Positions 14,286-25,800 of a stretch of DNA of 64,000 nt are shown here, in pieces. Each line of letters starts with the position of its first letter. Position 1 is the first letter of the stretch. The stretch lies in NCBI GenBank assembly GCA_051362555.1, contig CM120644.1, positions 19,242,534-19,306,533 on the forward strand, written 5' to 3'. Source of the stretch: Lingula anatina (lineage: Eukaryota; Animalia; Brachiopoda). The notes under the pieces are model-generated. The model ran no database searches. It was given only the letters and a program-made list of their open reading frames with translations, and was not told the origin of the DNA. Both the position numbers and the translations under genes were made by a program.

Positions 14286-14827
14286 TACCTAACATTAATA
14301 TCTTAAAACGTTGTACTAAATCGGTTGAAACTGATATATTCGTATACTTAGTATCTGGACCGCCTCGCATCCACTCCCTGGTCACTCAGAACTGATGAAG
14401 ACGTGACATCTCTTTCTGGAGTGTTGGTTACATATGATTCTTGGGGGAGGAGGCAGGATATTTTGGTCGCATTATTTTATCAATTATCATCATTATCTGA
14501 TAGGTGAACTCTCATTTGCAATTTGCTTCAATAAAAATGCATAGGATGCATTTGTGTTAGATATGTTTTAAAACACGCCATTGTTAAAATTAATCCCATA
14601 ACCTAACACCCCCAAATGAAACATTATTTACGTCACTGGTTATGATCAAATGCATGTTTTATCTGAACAGAGTTTAGTATATGTGACCGACCTGAGCGAA
14701 CTATGGCGACATCTGCTGGAATCAGCAGACTTAAACTTCATAAACTTTTAATCATGTGATCATATCTGAATGTACGATGTTGTAGTCTTCATTTATCTTC
14801 ACAATGACAGATAAACTTGCGAATATA

Positions 14828-14867
<40 letters not shown>

Positions 14868-17800
14868 TGCGTGCGTGGAACCTGGTCATGATAACGAAGG
14901 CGTTTGTTAAATTATCCAAATTTTTCCAGAATATTGGGCAGTGACAGGAAAGAAGGGTTGATTAGTTGCAGAAAAATACCACTTATCCCGAGAAAATCCG
15001 TATAATAATTTAACACGTCAACACAAAAACGGTGAAGATACGCTATACCTATATTTTGCCGAAGCATTTTATTCAAATTTATTTTTTTTTCACTTTGCAT
15101 CATACAACCAGTTATCATAACGCCCGTCTGTACTGTCATGTACAAGTTATAACAGTTTTATTCTACCTCCCCAATATCCTCCTGTCATTTCATGCTGTCA
15201 ATATTGACATATACAAGATTTCAACATATATCATACATCACATGATTCTTTCACATACAGCACTCGAATAACATATTTTATGTAATAAAAGAAATGAAAT
15301 TCCTTTCGTATCAAATATTTTTTCTTCGGAAATTGATATTTTAAATTGTTTCGCCTCCGCCTGGTGTTTAGTAGAATACACAAAAAGTGATTTACGAAAA
15401 AGTTTAAAACAATAGGAGGCGTGTTAAGCTGTTAAACTGATTGCATTCAGCAGAGTTGGATCAATCTACGTAGGATGATAGTTTCATTGGGAATGAACCC
15501 TTAGTTCATTTAAAATCTTATTTTTATTGTAGTGTTCTTAATATTTTGTCTAGAACATTAACCCACTGTGTTATCAATATCTTATCAATAAATAAGAAAT
15601 AATCATTATTATACAGGGTGATATTCTGGCGTCTGTTCTGTCTCAACATGATTGCGACGTCTTCCACGGAATTGATGATAATGTGTTAGGTGTGACAAGT
15701 CGATGACCGCTTTTGATTTTAGTCCAAAACAAACGAATTTTAACATTTTGTTTTTCTTAAAATGCCGATAAAGGCATTTTAATGCACTTCTCTTGGTGTT
15801 TTTTGTTCCTCATCTTCGGTTCTGAGTACAAGATCCTTCTATACAAATGTAGAATTAAGTTGTTAATAAATATCTAACATGTAGTATTACTTGCAAGGTG
15901 AACTACCAATGCGCAAGACACGGTGCATTTTTTCTGTTTGTGTCATACGCCAAAATGAAACGCCAAATATAATCCACAAATCATGATTTGGCCACTTATT
16001 CAATGTCATATTTAAGGGAGATGGCGTGCCTCTCACTTTTACGTTTTGTTTCACAGATGTTTTTTCTCTCCCCCCCCCCCCCAAAAAAAAAGAGGATAAA
16101 AGAAAAAATTCTATGTGAAATCTCAAGAGGGGCTGGTTTTCCCTTATGCGTACATGAGTGTGTGACAAAAAGATAATAATAATATCAATTAAAAATTATA
16201 ACAAGCAAAACGAAACAAATCCAAGATGTTTTACCGTCACTGTGCCCTACATATGAGAATAGAATTGCCTTCCTCTACTGTTTTATATCCAATGTTTATA
16301 ACCACGTCAACTATCAAACAGCTTTGTTTTGACGTGACACGGCGAGTGTCTCCTCTCTATGTCGAGGTAGATTCTACTGTATTTTGAATAAGACTGGCGG
16401 TAGGTTGTGTCTCACGACAACCATGACTGAATTTTTACCGCGTTCGCTTTTTATTTGTGTTGCACCACGATTAACACGCTTATCTATTCCATATATTAAT
16501 GGCAGGTTAATTTTCACGAGACTGGACACAAGTAACTGCTAAATCTCTACCTGTAGTAAAAAAAATTTAAGATATCAGTGACACATTTTATTTTTAGAAA
16601 CGGAAAAAATGAGTACGCTTTCAGTTGAATAACCAAAATAAAGTCAACTGGTAAATTATTGCATTTGGATTGCGTGGAAAATTAAAAATGCAATCTTCCT
16701 TGAATTTGATTTTTTTTTCTCAATTTCTTTATTATTCGAATAATCTTGTTAGCTAAATCTTATTGATGAATTGATAATTCAATATGGACATGAAAGTTAT
16801 GGAAATTTCATAACAGTTAAATACCACATCCTTGCGATCTAACGTTAAACAAATTCTCTCTCTCGCTCAAAATCAGCAGAGCCACAGGCAAAATGCAATA
16901 AAAGCATAGGAATATGAGTTATTTATATCTATAAAAAAATCAAATTTCCTATTCGCTGGAAAATATTAATAAAAGTGATTTTTACAGTACCTCTCGAGGG
17001 GAGGGAAGGGGCGTACACCGGGGCTCTCGTCAAGAAGCCCTTCTCAGCCTTCTAGCTGTTACAAAATTCTGCCGAAGGGCGGGTCAAGAAATGATTTATT
17101 ATGAAAGGAAAGTTGCTTTATTTCTTTCGGTAAATTACATTTGGTAGCTTCAAATATGTATTATTTTTATCAAATAATAAAATTAAAGATAGCTTAGGTG
17201 ATCATGATCACCGCTATTTGAAATCTCTGATGTGGACATCACTTCCGGACAGCCTTATATTACTACAGGCAATCTAATTTGCATATAAGAAAAAAATGCA
17301 TTTTTTGTGGTTTTGAGTCATTTACAGTTTTTATTACTTTTATAAATGACGATGTCCCTTTACCCTCACAAATTTCCAATCATTTGATCGACACGCCCTG
17401 TTTATGAATTTATTTATATGAATTATAAAACTTCATATCACAGGCGTGAATCACGTTATCACGTCCAAGTCATAACATTGTTCAACTAGCGCCAATAACT
17501 GCAGTGGAGAATGTAGGTCATTTGCCTGTACAATTCTCCCATAGCATTATTGATTTTTTCTGGAGTGGAACATTTTCGGGAGAGGCGGACGAGAGAGAGG
17601 GGGACCCATTGAACTGCAAAATAAAAAAAGAGCGTGGAGCTGTTATAATCAAAGTCTATTACAATCTTTGAAGAGAGTGTAAAAATAGCCCACTTTTGCA
17701 GTTTCTCTGTGTAGCACTTTGCAGACAACTTGAAAATTCTCTATGCCATCGGTCTCTCCCTAACGATTTGTTGACCACGTTAACTGTTCAACTCCCGGCA

Positions 17801-18540
17801 GAAGATGAACCAGCCAACGATAGTTTTGACACGCAGGTGTAGGAGCCGCACCCTGAACTTCAGATCTTAATAGCAATTAACCCTTGCGGTTTCGAGTAAC
17901 TGGAAACGACAAGGGTATGTCATAGTAGTGTAGATGTTTGTTTCAAGTTATCTTTGACACTCAGGGTGAGAAGACAGAATAGGAGCGAGACGGGAGGAGG
18001 GGGGAGGGAACTTAACCCTTTCACAACCAACTGCGTCACCCCTGCGCATGGAACGAATGCGTTCCATCTAACCAGTCAATTTATCTAAGAATCATTCGCT
18101 CTGATTATGAATTTTCAAACAAATTAGGGTGTATTTGTAATCTATAGGGTATATTTGTAACCCATGAAAGCAACTTTTTTATTTACCCGAGATGCGTCAA
18201 ACATTCTATTATTTAGCGTGATCCATGACACATAGCAGGAGCCGGGGTGTGTGCTGGGGGGGGGGCAGTTGATTCCCTCACAATCAACTGCGTCAGCCCT
18301 GAGCAAGGGGCGGAAGCGGGGGGGGGGGGGGTGCGTTCCATCAACACCACAGTCCACCGCATGCCTAGTGGCCACCCTGGTCTGCAACCCAAGGCCTTCA
18401 CTTAGTGGTCAGTTGTTAACAAGTCAGGAAGACAGCACTAGGGACACTCAGGTAAACTATAACCATTAGTGATGGGGTCATCAGTTGGCCACAATACAGA
18501 GGTCACTGTCAGCGGGTAATATTTGTATTTTTTTAGATTT

Positions 18541-18706
18541 CAGGGGCGGATTCAGACCGTCTTCTGGGTCTTCCAGAAGACGGTCACTTTTTCAAGTTTA
18601 AATTGACGGGTATCTAATTTTTTCTAATGGGAGACAATCAAAATTTGAGGATGAATCAATTAAGATAATTTTGAAGACTCAGTAAATAGCTCTGCATCCG
18701 CCCCTG
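18541..18706. mobile_element. hAT-like MITE (CAGGGGCGGAT TIR), 5-bp TSD
   Basis: TIRs CAGGGGCGGAT...ATCCGCCCCTG flanked by GATTT on both sides. Family members occur at 24843, 27788 and 61918. Confidence 0.9.
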
Positions 18707-18845
18707 GATTTTATATCAATGCTAAGTTTATATATGATATCAATTATTACCTATGATCAGACATGAAATTTTGATCAACAGATTTTTGTAGGTAAAAAAG
18801 CTAGTTTTTGAGATTTGTATTTTATTTTTTAGAAACTGAAGGGAG

Positions 18846-19003
18846 GGGGGCGTCTCGATAGTCCGAAGGTTCATTGGTCCGAAAAGTTGTAACATTTTCA
18901 TCGATTTTTTAATCAAGGGTTCATTGGTCCGAAGGTTCTATAGTGAACATTCGGACCAATGAACCTTCATACTATTGAACCTTCGGACTATCGCTACGGC
19001 CCC
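18846..19003. mobile_element. MITE with subterminal ~15-bp repeats and 8-bp TSD, copy-A-specific
   Basis: Inverted ends GGGG.CGT..CGATAGTCCGAAGGTTCA. TSD GAAGGGAG at 18838-18845 and 19004-19011. Absent at the paralogous site near 62210. Confidence 0.85.
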
Positions 19004-20293
19004 GAAGGGAGTGGGTTCAACCCCCCTGACCCCCCCTCTAAATCCGCCACTGGGTTAGCCTATTTTCTTAACTACTGAATTTTTCATGTTTTGACATTTT
19101 GATTCATTGACATCTATGTTTATTAATTTGTTATTACAATTATTATTATTATTATTATTATGCTAAAATTTCTTTTGATGACTACAGTTCAGCATTACTT
19201 GTGGTTCACTTGTCTGGAACAGCGCAAAAGCACTGATAAAAATTACAAACAGGCTCAAAATACGGACACCGTTGTATGCGTTTGTGTTGGATAATACTAC
19301 TTACTTGATTTGTGGTCAAAATATTTACATGTAAATCGCTATGAGAAAATCCAAAAATATTTATAACCAGTTTCAGTCATTTAATGTTTACTTGTTGCTT
19401 TCTCAGTTACATACTAACGATATGTGGGGAATCAAACCAAGACAATGGCTTCATGAACTTATTGTCTTATACAAGTAAGCTTGTTGATTATTCTGATTTT
19501 AATCAGAATAATCAACAAGCTTACTTTGCCTCTTTACGGACTACAATAAAAAGTTATCATGTAAAGTTACAGAAATTGCCTGTGAATTATAAAATGTCTC
19601 TGACCCACTGATACAGAATGTTAGGTGGACTTGTTTTCAGTTGATAACTTAAAATATTGAAATTGTGCTGACACAGTAGCGACTTGTTGATGGCTGGTCA
19701 GAAAACCAGGAAATAGTGATAAAGGATTGACTTCTTTAGACAAAGCATATTATATCACATCTATAGGGATATTTCCTGTTTTTTTCTTTTTTTCTCTTTT
19801 TCCTTCTTTCTTTTTTGAGATTTAAAACTCTATCAATATCTGAATTGTCTATCTGTCATTGAATCTAATCTGTTATATGTGTCCTCTTTTATGTCAAGTT
19901 TTATCAAATATTCATTTGAAAATTTTTAATTTGTTGAATAAACAAAAAGATGTTTCTTTTTTAACTCTTTATTCTGCTTAGTCATTGGACATATAAATTT
20001 CATACTTTGAAAATTAGTTAATTTAAATTCTGGTAAATGAGAATTCTTTGAAAATGAAACACTTGTCTATTTCTCTTTGTTTTCAACAAGAAAAGTATAA
20101 AAGTAATAATTATTGATAAACACTAATCAAATAAAAATTGAAGCAGTTACAACATGTTTGATTGTTTTTTAGTTGTCCAAAAATAGCAAAGCTCTAAGGT
20201 AATAGTTCCTGTTTTTTGTAACCTGAACATGTCATTGAGAGATGTAGAAAGAATTTTTCATAATTGTAGTGGTGACACTTGGCGTGGTCCTTT

Positions 20294-21277
20294 TTATGCC
20301 GTTAGTATTTCATAGACATCATTGTCAGTAATGATGGTGATATTTTTCGTGGTAAAAGTGTCATCATCTTTATGATAGTATTCTGTTTTTTCTTCCTCAT
20401 ATATATGATGGGTTATGGCATTATTATTAGTCAGTTTATTTTCCTTATTACTTATTTCATCTGTTTCCCCCTCTGCATCTGGAGAATTGTTATGCTCACC
20501 TTCATTGCCTAAAGTTCCATATATATTATTTGAACCATGTTTTCTTTCGTTGTGCATTGTTTCATGTGTTCTGCAATTATTCCCTTGACTGAATTCTACT
20601 CCACATTTGTCTGGTTTCTCACAAGTGTACATTCTTTTAGGGCTAGTGCAGGCCAGTGTAAATTGCTTCATGGTAAGTGCAACTCCCTTTTGGAGTGAAA
20701 GTTTTTGCAGAAAGTCTACGCTTCAAAGGTTTGTCTCTAGTGTGATTTTTTTCATGAAGTTTACAAGATTATCTTTGTGTTAAAGTTTTATCACATAATC
20801 TACACTTGTAAGGTTTCTATCCTGTGTGAATTCTCTCATGCACAGTGCAATGGCCTTTTTGAGTGAAAGTTTTATCACATAATCTACACTTGTAAGGTCT
20901 CTCTCCTGTGTGAATTCTTTCATGATATATGCAAGATTTTTTATCTTTAAAAGTTTTGTCACAGAATCTACACTTGTAAGGTTTGTCTCCGTTATGAATT
21001 CTTTCATGCTCAGCACAATGGCTTTTTTGAGTAAAAGTTTTGTCACAGAATCTACACTTGTAAGGTTTGTCTCTGGTATGAATTCTTTCATGCACAGTGC
21101 ATTGACCTTTTAGAGTAAAAGTTTTGTCACAGAATCTACACTTAAAAGGTTTCTCTCCTGTGTGAATTCTTTCATGCCCTGTGCAAGAAGATTTATCTGT
21201 AAAAGTTTTGTCACAGAATCTACACTTGTAAGGTTTGTCTCCGGTATGAATTCTTTCATGCCCAGCACAATGGCTTT
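20294..21277 (-). pseudogene. C2H2 zinc-finger gene, distal part of the finger array and acidic C-terminal tail
   Basis: Repeats of TGDKPYKCRFCDKTFxxxxxCxxHERIH. In-frame stops occur in the distal fingers (TG*KPY at ~20817, TQR*S). It is separated from the proximal part by the 21278-25179 insertion. Confidence 0.9.
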
Positions 21278-21326
21278 TTATGTACAGACACAGATGTGTC
21301 TGTACATATAGCCATCATCTGCGTCT

Positions 21327-21358
<32 letters not shown>

Positions 21359-24300
21359 GCACTTTTACCGATAACACGATAAGTGGAACACCGTTTTTGC
21401 TTTTGGCTTGAAACTTACAGAACTGGTGAATATTCCTAATACGCAGGTCAAGTTCGAAAATCAGCATGATCGGGCCATTTTTAGGGAAGTTATGCTGTTT
21501 TTTCACTTTTTTCAGCATATATGCAGCACCGATAACACGATAAGTGGAAAACCATTTTACTTTTTGGCTTGAAACTTACAAAACTGATGAATATTCATAA
21601 TCCGCAGGTCAAGTTCGAAAATCAGCATGATCAGGTCATTTTTAGGGAAGTTACGCTGTTTTTTCACTTTTCTCAGCATATATGCAGCACCGATAACACG
21701 ATAAGTGAAATAACATTTTACCTTTTGGCTTAAAACTAACAGAACTGATGGATATTCATAATACGCAGGTCAAGTTCGAAAATCAGCATGATCCGGCCTT
21801 TATTTTAGAAGTTATGCTGTTTTTTCACATTTCCTCAGATTCAATTATTAGGCATGTGAACAGTCTCATTATTTAACTAATAAGATACGTAAAAGTGTTT
21901 GTTTGATATTTCCTGCATCTTTACAACATTGTTAATTGATTGTGTAAAAATGATGGTAAACTTGTTATCGTGTATTGTGTAATAAAGTGTCAAAAATGGT
22001 AATAAACTCATCATTGCAGTTTGTCAGATTGAATCATCCACTATGTTCAGAATCTCAGAATGGAGGAAATTGGACATTAAACACTGTTCTATTGATTTTT
22101 TTCCCATCTCATCAATTTTCTTAGTTGGTCATATAAAAATGGCAACAAACTGTTTATTTTGTTTTATGTTAAAAAAATGTTAAAAATGGAAATAAACCCA
22201 TTTCAGAACAGTGCTGTCTTGTTTACATTTTGGCATTTTTTAGAGGTGACTTTGAAGTTTCATGAGCCTGCAGACCTTTGCTAATCACATTTTCTGAATA
22301 TCCATGATACTAATATTTTATGATTAAAAATTGATGGTCATTATGCTGTTAAACGTTATGTAATATTGCATCAAAATTTGAAGAAACCCCTATTTTGGGC
22401 ACTGCTCCCATGATGACCATTTAAGAAAAACCATGTCACTTACTGTTTTCAAGCTTACAGGAAAGAAACATAGGGCTAAAATACAGCTTCAGTAGGCAAT
22501 GCAGTCTGTTTGGTAATTTTTTCTGGCAGTTAAACAGTTTTTTGTGAAAATTTAATTTTTCACATATTGGCATTTTCAAGGTGTGACTTTGAAGTTCCAT
22601 GAGCCTGCAGACCTTTGCTAGTCACGTTTTCTGAATGTTCATGTTACTAATATTCTATTATTAAAAATTGATGGTCATTATGCTGTTAAACATTATGTAA
22701 TATTGCATCAAAATTTGAAGAAACCCCTATTTTGGGCACTGCTCCCATGATGACCATTTAAGAATAACCATGTCACTTACTGTTTTCAAACTTACAGGAA
22801 AGAAACATGGGGCTAAAATACAGCTTCAGTAGGCAATGCAGTCTGTTTGGTAATTTTTTCTGGCAGTTAAACAGTTTTTTGTGAAAATTTAATTTTCCAC
22901 ATATCGGCATTTTCAAGGTGTGACTTTGAAGTTCCATGAGCCTGCAGACCTTTGCTAGTCACGTTTTCTGAATGTTCATGTGACTAATATTCTATTATTA
23001 AAAATTGATAGTCATTATGCTGTTAAACATTATGTAATATTGGATCAAAATTTGAAGAAACCCCTATTTTGGGCACTGCTCTCATAATGACCATTTAACA
23101 AAAATCATGTCAATTACTGTTCTCAAACTTACAGGAAAGAAACATGCGTCTAAAATACAGCTTCAGTTGGCAATGCAGTCTGTTTGGTAATTTTTTCTGG
23201 CAGTTAAACAGTTTTTTGTGAAAATTTAATTTTCCACTTATTAGCATTTTCAAGGTGTGACTTTGAAGTTCCATGATCCTGAAGACCTTTGCTTGTCACG
23301 TTTTCTGAATGTCCATATTACTAATATTCTATTATTAAAAATTGATGGTCATTATGCTGTTAAGCATTATGTAATATTGCATCAAAATAGAAGAAAACAC
23401 AATTTTTGGTGCTGCTGCTATGATGAGCATTATGGGAAAACCGTGTTATGACTGTCAAACCTTTAAAAAAGAAACACAGGACTAAAATGCAGAATGAGTT
23501 GGAAAAGCAGTCTAATTGGCTTCTTTTTCTGGAAGTTATACATTTGAGTGAAATATTCATTATCTTTTTGGCATATTCATTGTGGGACTCGGAGCTCCCA
23601 TGGACATGAAGCCGAATGGTAATCAAATTTTGTACATGTCCATGCTATTTATTGTCAATAATCAAAGATTGGTGATAATTATTCTATAATTTATTATGTA
23701 ATGTTACATCAAAATTGACAACAATATTTTTGCATTGCTACTGCAAACATGAAAAGAAAACTGTGTTACTTATTATTATTTTTAACTTACAAGTATGATT
23801 TTTAGGATTGGCATGCAGTTCAAATTAGAAAGCCAGGTCAATTGGGTTATCATTTATTATTGAATTTATGCACTTTTGTGTGAAATTTTCATTTTTCTCA
23901 TTCTGGCACTTTCTAAGTATAAACTTGAGCTCTGATGGGCCTGAAGCCTTATGCTTTTACTTTCGTCGTTGTTACCTGTTGTGCATAATTAAAATTTGAT
24001 GTTGACTGTGCAGTAAAACATAATGTATTATTGCATCAGAATTGGTAGTCTCCTATTTTGTGCATTATTGTTTTGTGCTTTTCTTAAGATGTGACTTATG
24101 GGCCTGAAAGACCTTTGAGAGGGTCAGTCTGTTAATATCCCTTGGGTATCACTTAGCTAATTTCTGAGTTATAAAGTCATTTGCCTAATTGATAGGCCAT
24201 TAAAGGAGATTACATAAAGCACACTTGTTGATATTTCCTTGTAAACTCCCAAAAGTTAAGCTCTCTGCTAGATTAATAATAAGTAAGCAGTGATAATTAT

Positions 24301-24375
24301 GCAGGTTATTTTATATATATATATATATATAATCAAAGATTAAAAGTTTGAATAGCAGCTTCACTGAAATTATAT

Positions 24376-24610
24376 TTACCTCAAGCTCTGCCTAGGAGGT
24401 TATATTTTCACCCCTGTTTGTCTGTCATCAACATAACTCAAAAAGTTATGGACCGATTTTGCTGAAATTTTCAGGAACTGTCAGAATTGGGCCAAAGAGG
24501 ACAATGATTAGTTTTTAGTGGTGGTCTGGCTCAATAATCAATCAATAATCAACAATAATCAACAATTGCTGCCTTGGCAGAGGTCTGCAATCTCGGTGGT
24601 TTTCTAGTTT
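24376..24610 (+). mobile_element. Small HINE-type element nested in the larger Helentron-type element
   Basis: Structure TTACCTC..TGCCTAGGAGGTTAT..GTTTGTCTGT..CCTTGGCAGAGGT..TTTCTAGTT: sub-terminal inverted repeats, GTCT microsatellite remnant and CTAGTT end. Confidence 0.65.
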
Positions 24611-24842
24611 TGTTATGTTTTCCTTTACAATTTTTTCTCAAACACTTGCATTTGTGACTTTTAACTCTCATCCGCTCGAGGCTCTGCACATTTTCTGTAT
24701 TTCCACATAAGCAATTGTATTTTTTTTATATGTCTTTAAACATTATTTAAAAGTATTTTATGCACTGTCATCATTTTTCAAATATTGAGGCTTTCATCAT
24801 GTGACTATGGTCTCTCATGGTCCTGAAACTGTAATCTTATCG

Positions 24843-25006
24843 AAGGGGTGGATTGAGACCATCTTCTGGGTCTTCTTGAAGACAGGTTATTAAGTTTATA
24901 TTGACTGGTATCTATTTTTTTTCTGTTGGAAGACAATCAAAATGGAGGATGGATCAACATAGATACTTTGGAATACTGTCAGAAAATATCTCAGGGTCCG
25001 CTCCTG
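24843..25006. mobile_element. Diverged hAT-like MITE (same family as 18541)
   Basis: AAGGGGTGGATTGAGACCATCTTCTGGGTCTTC...GTCCGCTCCTG aligns by eye to the 18541 element. Confidence 0.8.
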
Positions 25007-25179
25007 TTATTGACCATGTTACCTGTTGTGCATGGTTTTGCATGATTAAAATTCAGTGTTGACTGACAGTGCTATTATAAGCATTATTTATTATTGCATC
25101 AAAATTGACAAAATGACCTTTTTTTGCATCTTTATTTTCTGTTTTTTGTCTGTACATTTGACAGCTTTGCTGCCTTGTT

Positions 25180-25800
25180 TGAGTAAAAGTTTTGTCACAG
25201 AATCTACACTTAAAAGGTTTTTCTCCTGTGTGAATTCTCTCATGACGTATGCAAAAAGTTTTGTTCCTGAAAGTTTTGTCACAGAATCTACACTTGAAAG
25301 GTTTCTCTCCTGTGTGAATTCTTTCATGCCTTGTGCAAGAAGATTTGTCTGTAAAAGTTTTGTCACAGAATCTGCACTTGTAAGGTTTGTCTCCGGTATG
25401 AATTCTTTCATGCTCAGCACAATGGCTTTTTTGAGTAAAAGTTTTGTCACAGAATCTACACTTAAAAGGTTTTTCTCCTGTGTGAATTCTCTCATGACGT
25501 ATGCAAAAAGTTTTCTTCGTGAAAGTTTTGTCACAGAATCTACACTTGTAAGGTTTCTCTCCAGTATGAATTCTTTCATGTTCAGCACAATGGCTTTTTT
25601 GAGTAAAAGTTTTATCACAGAATCTACACTTGTAAGGTCTCTCTCCTGTGCACATTTTTACTGAATGCTGTAAGAACTTAATTGGTGGTATAAAAGTCTT
25701 GTCACAGAATCTACACTTGTAAGGTTTCTCTCCAGTATAATTATTGTCTTGAATTTCATGAGATGATTAATCACTGAAAGATTCTTGTCACAAGTAACAT
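25180..25800 (-). pseudogene. C2H2 zinc-finger gene, proximal part of the finger array
   Basis: ORF 25053-25655 has five complete 84-bp fingers plus a half finger (KCRFCDKTFTQ) that continues as KSHCAGHERIH at 21277 once the insertion is removed. Degenerate fingers lie upstream to ~25800. Confidence 0.92.

Larger units (their letters stand above)
3285..20420 (+). repeat. Segmental duplication, copy A (paralogous to ~48575-63705)
   Basis: Collinear direct matches: 3324<->48612, 8889<->52886, 11965<->55690, 18541<->61918, 20280<->63606. The block ~5350-8490 is not shared. The satellite arrays at 1-2395 and 38530-44555 extend the homology leftward. Confidence 0.97.
21278..25179 (+). mobile_element. 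Non-autonomous Helentron-type element (HINE/DINE-1/pearl-like), ~3.9 kb, with internal tandem repeats
   Basis: 5' end TTTATGTACAGACACAGATGTGTCTGTAC (sub-TIR plus palindrome), followed by a (GTC/GCC) microsatellite, three ~161-bp repeats (21367, 21528, 21689) and four 337-bp repeats (22247, 22584, 22921, 23258). The 3' end is GTCTGTACA plus hairpin CAGCTTTGCTG plus CCTTGTT. It is inserted in a T-run with no TSD. Confidence 0.88.

Noticed and set aside
17170-17480. Octamer ATTTGCAT and ACTTCCGG as an snRNA-type promoter
   Set aside because: No recognisable snRNA follows, and such short motifs also occur within invertebrate interspersed repeats.
25056-25664. 202-aa plus-strand and 175-aa alternative-frame ORFs over the zinc-finger array
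   Set aside because: These are shadow ORFs produced by the 84-bp periodicity of the fingers.
20294-25800. Calling the zinc-finger gene PRDM9
   Set aside because: No PR/SET, KRAB or SSXRD domain was recognised in the window; only the array pattern is similar.
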